IMG/VR virus record: IMGVR_UViG_3300043486_000004
Location: 1-58,220 of that record
Direction: 5' to 3' (one strand)
From: a virus
Taxonomy: Duplodnaviria > Caudoviricetes
DNA length: 58,220 bases
The translations under genes and the position numbers were made by a program. The number at the start of each line of letters is the position of its first letter. Position 1 is the stretch's first letter. Below the pieces are notes generated by a model that was not told the origin of the DNA, made no database searches, and saw only the letters and a list, made by a program, of their open reading frames with translations. Of this stretch, positions 54,393 through 58,220 are shown piece after piece.

Positions 54393-55192
54393 ATCGGATC
54401 GTTATAAACGACGATCAACGGCGATTGTTTGAGAGGCACGGGAGGCATAGGATTGTTTGTGTTGAGTTGTTCGATTGCATATTCCACTGCCGCCTCTCCA
54501 GATAGTCTACGGGGAATCGGTAGCGTGAAAGTGTCCCAAGTATGATCGAGCTTCGCGCGGAGGAATTCCACAGGGCGCGTACCTTCCTCTTGCGGGAACA
54601 CGTTCAACGCAATGAGTCCGGCGCAGGTGTTGGGTACGTCCTTTGCGTAGCCCTCGCATGCCTCGCTGAAGAATGCCCAGCGCTCAAACAAATTCGCATC
54701 GTCTGTAAGGCGTGTTCCATCGTGAAAGCATGCCCCTTCCACGGGAGAATCTTTGAGGCTGGGTAAATCGTGAGGCTCCAGTGGCGAGCGGTCCCATTCT
54801 TCCACGTCGGGCAGCCCAGCTACACAGAGCCAGCCGTTTGACCGTCCTTCTAGTGTGACTTTGATATCGTCCCCAAACAAAGCTTTGGCTTCTTCCTCTG
54901 CGATTTCGAAGTTACTTGCGCAGGCAGAATTCCACAGTTCATCGAAAGTATCCCCAGCGTCGTTATCACGCCAGTTTTCTAGCCATTCCCGCGTGAATTT
55001 GTTTCCGTCTGCGGTAGAGTCCATTTCGCCGGCCATGCTGGCCAGCTCGCGCCATTCCTCAGGCGAGATTGCTTCAAATCCGTGGCGTACCTTGACGTTC
55101 ACACAGGGAATCTTTGTGTGATTTATGCACCTCTCGCGAACTTGTACTGTTTCCGCGTTGAAAGTTCGTGCTGTGGTGGTTTGCTTGTCCAT
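54389..55192 (-). CDS. Acidic hypothetical early protein
   Basis: AGGACTCAAACA-ATG start; EGRSNGWLCV motif. Confidence 0.7.
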   Translation of the reverse strand: MDKQTTTARTFNAETVQVRERCINHTKIPCVNVKVRHGFEAISPEEWRELASMAGEMDSTADGNKFTREWLENWRDNDAGDTFDELWNSACASNFEIAEEEAKALFGDDIKVTLEGRSNGWLCVAGLPDVEEWDRSPLEPHDLPSLKDSPVEGACFHDGTRLTDDANLFERWAFFSEACEGYAKDVPNTCAGLIALNVFPQEEGTRPVEFLRAKLDHTWDTFTLPIPRRLSGEAAVEYAIEQLNTNNPMPPVPLKQSPLIVVYNDPI

Positions 55193-55229
55193 TGTTTGAG
55201 TCCTGAATCCTAGTTGGGAGTCCCTAAGT

Positions 55230-55511
55230 CTAGCCTTGTTTTTGTTTCCGTGCGGCCAGTTGCTCATTATTTTCGATTTGCACCACGCCGCAGTCCATGA
55301 CTACGCGCTTGCCTACATCGATCACGAGGAAGCGCCCACCAAGGGGATGAGGCTCGCCTACCATGTCGCGTGTCACTGTGAAGTACACGACTGGCGCGAG
55401 CCAGCTACGGGCCTGTAAGCGTATGCGGTCGCTCAGTGCGTCGCGTGTATCACACTCTGCGCTCAGTCGCGCGTAAGTTTCCTCTCGTTCCTCTTTGGTA
55501 TGTCGATTCAT
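55230..55511 (-). CDS. Hypothetical protein
   Basis: AAACAAA-ATG start overlapping the upstream stop. Confidence 0.6.
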   Translation of the reverse strand: MNRHTKEEREETYARLSAECDTRDALSDRIRLQARSWLAPVVYFTVTRDMVGEPHPLGGRFLVIDVGKRVVMDCGVVQIENNEQLAARKQKQG

Positions 55512-55867
55512 TTTGTTTGCTTGCTTGTGTGTAGTTGCGTGCTCGCCGGCCGTACCAAAACAAATGCGCCGGCGTGCCAGTCCCACAGATCGAAACTCTC
55601 AAGGATCGACCTATCACCACTGTAGGCCTGTGCGAGTCGCTTGGTGAATTTGGGGTCAGGGTCAAGGCCCGTGTATGCGTCCGGGCCGAAAGCTTCCCAG
55701 TAGCTGATATCATTCTGGCGCATGCCGTAATGCTGCATTACCTTTGTCACCCCCGCTAATGTGGTACGCCAGTTAGGCTGTGCCATTGTTCCAGATCCTG
55801 AGGGTACGCGCAGGAAGAATAGTCGCGCGCCCGGATGTGTGGGCAGGATGTACGGCGGACTTTTCAT
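55508..55867 (-). CDS. Hypothetical protein
   Basis: AAACA-ATG start; ATGA overlaps. Confidence 0.65.
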   Translation of the reverse strand: MKSPPYILPTHPGARLFFLRVPSGSGTMAQPNWRTTLAGVTKVMQHYGMRQNDISYWEAFGPDAYTGLDPDPKFTKRLAQAYSGDRSILESFDLWDWHAGAFVLVRPASTQLHTSKQTK

Positions 55868-56127
55868 TGTTTGGGATAACGCGTGCCTTCCATGTACTTT
55901 GCGCCGGACTCTTCCATTGCCTTTGTTTCTGTGTGTAGCAATCGCTCTGCGCGTGCTTCCTTACCGTACGCATGCCGGATTGCCCCCTCTAAGGATTTGA
56001 TCGTACTGCGGAGTTTCTTCAGAGTCTGGGGAGCTAGTTGAAATCCAGCAAGCACTAGCCGCACGTCGCGCAATTGCTCAAGACATTGTTTTAGTCTCTG
56101 AGCTTCCGAGAATCTTTCCTGTGCCAT
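55864..56127 (-). CDS. Hypothetical protein
   Basis: LRSTIKSLEGAIRHA helical motif. Confidence 0.7.
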   Translation of the reverse strand: MAQERFSEAQRLKQCLEQLRDVRLVLAGFQLAPQTLKKLRSTIKSLEGAIRHAYGKEARAERLLHTETKAMEESGAKYMEGTRYPKQ

Positions 56128-56273
56128 TGTTCAAGTCCTGTGTTCAAGTCCGTTGTTTGAGTCCCGAGGGTAAGTCCCAAGGGACAGTTGTAAGGGGGCA
56201 AGCTGCCTCGCTACCACACTTAGCAGCCTGCCCTAGCCGTGCGAGTTCCACCACAGGCGCGCACGGCTGTGCG

Positions 56274-56744
56274 TTATTGTTTCTCAGGCAGGGTTCCGTT
56301 AGCTAGGTACTGGACACAATCCACACAGGCGCGCTCCCCATGCTGGATTTTTCCCTGTGGGTCGATGTAGTGCCACACTTCGAAATCACCCCCTAGCCGG
56401 CTGTCGCAAATGTCACAGCCACCCCAGGAGAAAAAGGCCTCAGAGAATACGCTGCCTGTGGACCAGTCTCGAGCGAAAGCTTCCCTAGCGGCTAGCTGTG
56501 CCTCTTCCTCTGTGCGGAAATAGTTTGTCATCCTGGGATCGTTAGGGTCCAGGTACTTACCTTTGCGCTCTGTTTTGTTTGCATCAAAGGTCCAGCGCTC
56601 GAAGACTCCAGACTCCTCTTCCGTTGTTTCTCTGACGGTGTACTGGGGAAAATCTCCCATGCAAGTGTCACAACCTGGACACACTCCAGTGGATATTGCC
56701 TCGCAGCCTTTCAAATTGTGCGTGACCCGTTCGACGTAATTCAT
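56274..56744 (-). CDS. Zn-binding early protein
   Basis: CPGCDTC, FSWGGCDICDSRLGG, CVDCVQYLANG. Confidence 0.75.
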   Translation of the reverse strand: MNYVERVTHNLKGCEAISTGVCPGCDTCMGDFPQYTVRETTEEESGVFERWTFDANKTERKGKYLDPNDPRMTNYFRTEEEAQLAAREAFARDWSTGSVFSEAFFSWGGCDICDSRLGGDFEVWHYIDPQGKIQHGERACVDCVQYLANGTLPEKQ

Positions 56745-56773
56745 TGTGGTAGTTTTGTTTCTGTGTCCAGCCG

Positions 56774-57187
56774 TTACATGCTGTGGATTTTGTCGTCGTC
56801 GCCGATGTGCAGATCTCGGCTGCCCATTGCTTCAGCAGCCTTTGACAGTCGCTCGCCTACATCCTTGGGATAGCCTCGATCCCAGAAGCCGGCCCCATGG
56901 CCATTGCGAGTAAGCCACAAATCGTGTCCATTCCTTTCATCGGCTGTGTAGTGCTCGCCGTTTGTTTCTGTGCCTCCTGAGGCATGGTTCAAATCGTCAT
57001 CAGTACACGAGGCCTCGAAGGCCTTGCAATCGGCGATTGCTTGCTCGATTGTTTCGGGAGCTAAATCGGCTAGGCTGTGGTTTTCGTCCATCGGCTCAGA
57101 GTCTTTGCCTGTGGTGCTTGCCCACAGAGCACAGACCAGATAGCCATACGTGAAATTGTCTACTTTGTGCTTGCCTATTGTTTTCAT
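56774..57187 (-). CDS. Conserved phage early protein
   Basis: YLVCALW...GHDLWLTRNGHGAGFWDRG. Confidence 0.8.
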   Translation of the reverse strand: MKTIGKHKVDNFTYGYLVCALWASTTGKDSEPMDENHSLADLAPETIEQAIADCKAFEASCTDDDLNHASGGTETNGEHYTADERNGHDLWLTRNGHGAGFWDRGYPKDVGERLSKAAEAMGSRDLHIGDDDKIHSM

Positions 57188-57213
57188 GGTGGATTGTTTC
57201 TGTGGTAGTTGCT

Positions 57214-57438
57214 TCAGTCGTCAGAGTGTGGGCAATCTGCCGCGCAGTGTTCCTTGTTCTGGCATCGCTCGCAAGGCATGGAATACTCAGGCTCGAACAC
57301 AAGGCAGGGTATTTCCGTGCCTGCCTCGCAGCCGGCAGACTCGCAAGCATGGCAGAGCGCTAGATCTTTGCCGATTGCGATTTCCATACAATCCCGGCAG
57401 GCACAGGGTTTGTATCCTCCATCGTCGTTTGTTTGCAT
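57214..57438 (-). CDS. Cys-rich small protein
   Basis: CACRDC, CHAC, CERC; CCACC-ATG start. Confidence 0.7.
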   Translation of the reverse strand: MQTNDDGGYKPCACRDCMEIAIGKDLALCHACESAGCEAGTEIPCLVFEPEYSMPCERCQNKEHCAADCPHSDD

Positions 57439-57446
57439 GGTGGGCC

Positions 57447-57634
57447 TCAGTTTGTTCTGTAGCGCAGGATTCCATCCGGGTCGATGATTTCCTTGCCATC
57501 ATAGCCGGCTAGGAAATGCGCTCTGCCATCCTCTCGAATTGCTGCCTCGATTGCTTTTTGTTTGTTCTCACCAAGCAAGGCAGCGACGATAGGACCGACA
57601 TCTTCGCACAGCCGTTCCTGTGCTGCTGTGCCAT
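57447..57634 (-). pseudogene. Frameshifted/truncated member of a DGRxHFLxxYDGxE phage family
   Basis: The motif-bearing frame has no ATG after the upstream stop; the nearby CCACC-ATG is out of frame. Confidence 0.5.
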
Positions 57635-57670
57635 GGTGGTAGGTAGGCTCGCGGTTGTGGTGGGTTTGTT

Positions 57671-58220
57671 TCAGACTTGGAAGTATGCGCGAGCACAACG
57701 GACGATCGCGCTAATTTCTTCGTTTACAGGCGAGTAGTGTTTCTTGCATAGCCTTGTAATTGTTTCTTCGTTCCATTCAAGCAAGGGCAGGGATTCACAG
57801 CCGTAGCGCAAAGTATCGCGCGAACAATTCCAAGAATAACTATATTGACCGGAAAGAATCTCGCGAGAAGTTTTGAGCGTCACGCCGTTGCCCAGCGTCA
57901 CGCCGTTGCCTAGCGTCACGCCGTTGCCCAGCGTCACGCCGTTGCCCAGCTTCACGCCGTTGCCCAGCGTCACGCCGTTGCCCAGCGTCACGTCGTCGCC
58001 CAGCTTCACGCCGTTGCCCAGCGTCACGCCGTTGCCCAGCTTCACGTAGTTGCCCAGCGTCACGCCGTTGCCTAGCGTCACGCCGTCGCCCAGCGTCACG
58101 TCGTCGCCCAGCTTCACGTCGTCGCCCAGCTTCACGTCGTCGCCCAGCTTCACGCCGTCGCCCAGCTTCACGCCGTCGCCCAGCTTCACTGTAACTTCGC
58201 TCCCCTCCGGAGTGGTGTGC
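57671..58220 (-). CDS. Hexapeptide-repeat (left-handed beta-helix) protein, 5' truncated by the window end
   Basis: HTTPEGSEVT followed by 17 V(K/T)LG(D/N)(G/D/Y) repeats and a C-terminal LRYGCE..LLEW domain. Confidence 0.85.
   Translation of the reverse strand, partial: HTTPEGSEVTVKLGDGVKLGDGVKLGDDVKLGDDVKLGDDVTLGDGVTLGNGVTLGNYVKLGNGVTLGNGVKLGDDVTLGNGVTLGNGVKLGNGVTLGNGVTLGNGVTLGNGVTLKTSREILSGQYSYSWNCSRDTLRYGCESLPLLEWNEETITRLCKKHYSPVNEEISAIVRCARAYFQV
57875..58189. repeat. 18-bp tandem repeat, ~17.5 copies (coding)
   Basis: CACGCCGTTGCCCAGCGT-type units encoding the hexapeptides. Confidence 0.9.

Larger units (their letters stand above)
1..58220. mobile_element. Near-complete tailed dsDNA phage genome (siphovirus-like, apparently lytic)
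   Basis: TerL, portal, protease, MCP, tail tube, tape measure, tail tip, PolA and primase-helicase are all present. No sheath or integrase recognised. Ends overlap at 64/68 nt. Confidence 0.95.

Noticed and set aside
57875-58189. CRISPR array
   Set aside because: Contiguous 18-bp units with no spacers, in frame within a CDS.
1-58220. Stop-codon reassignment
   Set aside because: Core genes are full length in the standard code and end in TAG, TGA and TAA.
1-58220. Temperate lifestyle or prophage with host flanks
   Set aside because: No integrase, CI-type repressor, partition genes or host housekeeping genes were recognised.
1-58220. Frequent TCGA/CTCGAG and GATC sites as a second signal
   Set aside because: Not tallied, and plausibly explained by common codon pairs (CTC-GAG, ATC-GAC) in a GC-rich genome; needs a computed test.

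Overview
The window looks like an almost complete ~58 kb genome of a lytic, long-tailed (siphovirus-type) dsDNA bacteriophage, roughly 58-60% GC by eye. Its two ends overlap imperfectly inside a hexapeptide-repeat gene. Layout: an AT-rich, repeat-laden non-coding region (~454-1690); a rightward block with membrane/lysis-like genes, a degenerate terminase-ATPase paralog and TerL (1693-6948); a leftward morphogenesis operon (30038-7620) with XkdF-type protease, decoration protein, gpE-type capsid, tail tube, frameshifted chaperones, tape measure and GTA-like tail tip; a divergent portal/neck pair (30132-32314); and leftward replication genes (primase-helicase, PD-(D/E)XK nuclease, MazG, SF2 helicase, SSB, PolA, exonuclease, TOPRIM, RuvC) followed by early genes. 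I recognised no integrase, repressor, tRNA, CRISPR array or endolysin. The strongest unexplained signal is genome-wide: AAACAA/TTGTTT occurs about 190 times by hand tally, against about 12 expected from base composition. It occurs in both orientations, is written into genes through otherwise rare codons, and is densest in the early region. An HTH protein with a histone-H1-like tail is a candidate reader. Other highlights: the catalytically dead TerL-ATPase paralog, a tmRNA-tag-like small RNA unit, an HNH gene flanked by a duplicated gene 3' end, a domain shared by the decoration and tail-tube proteins, and matching hairpins after the capsid and tail-tube genes. All product calls come from motif recognition, not database searches.
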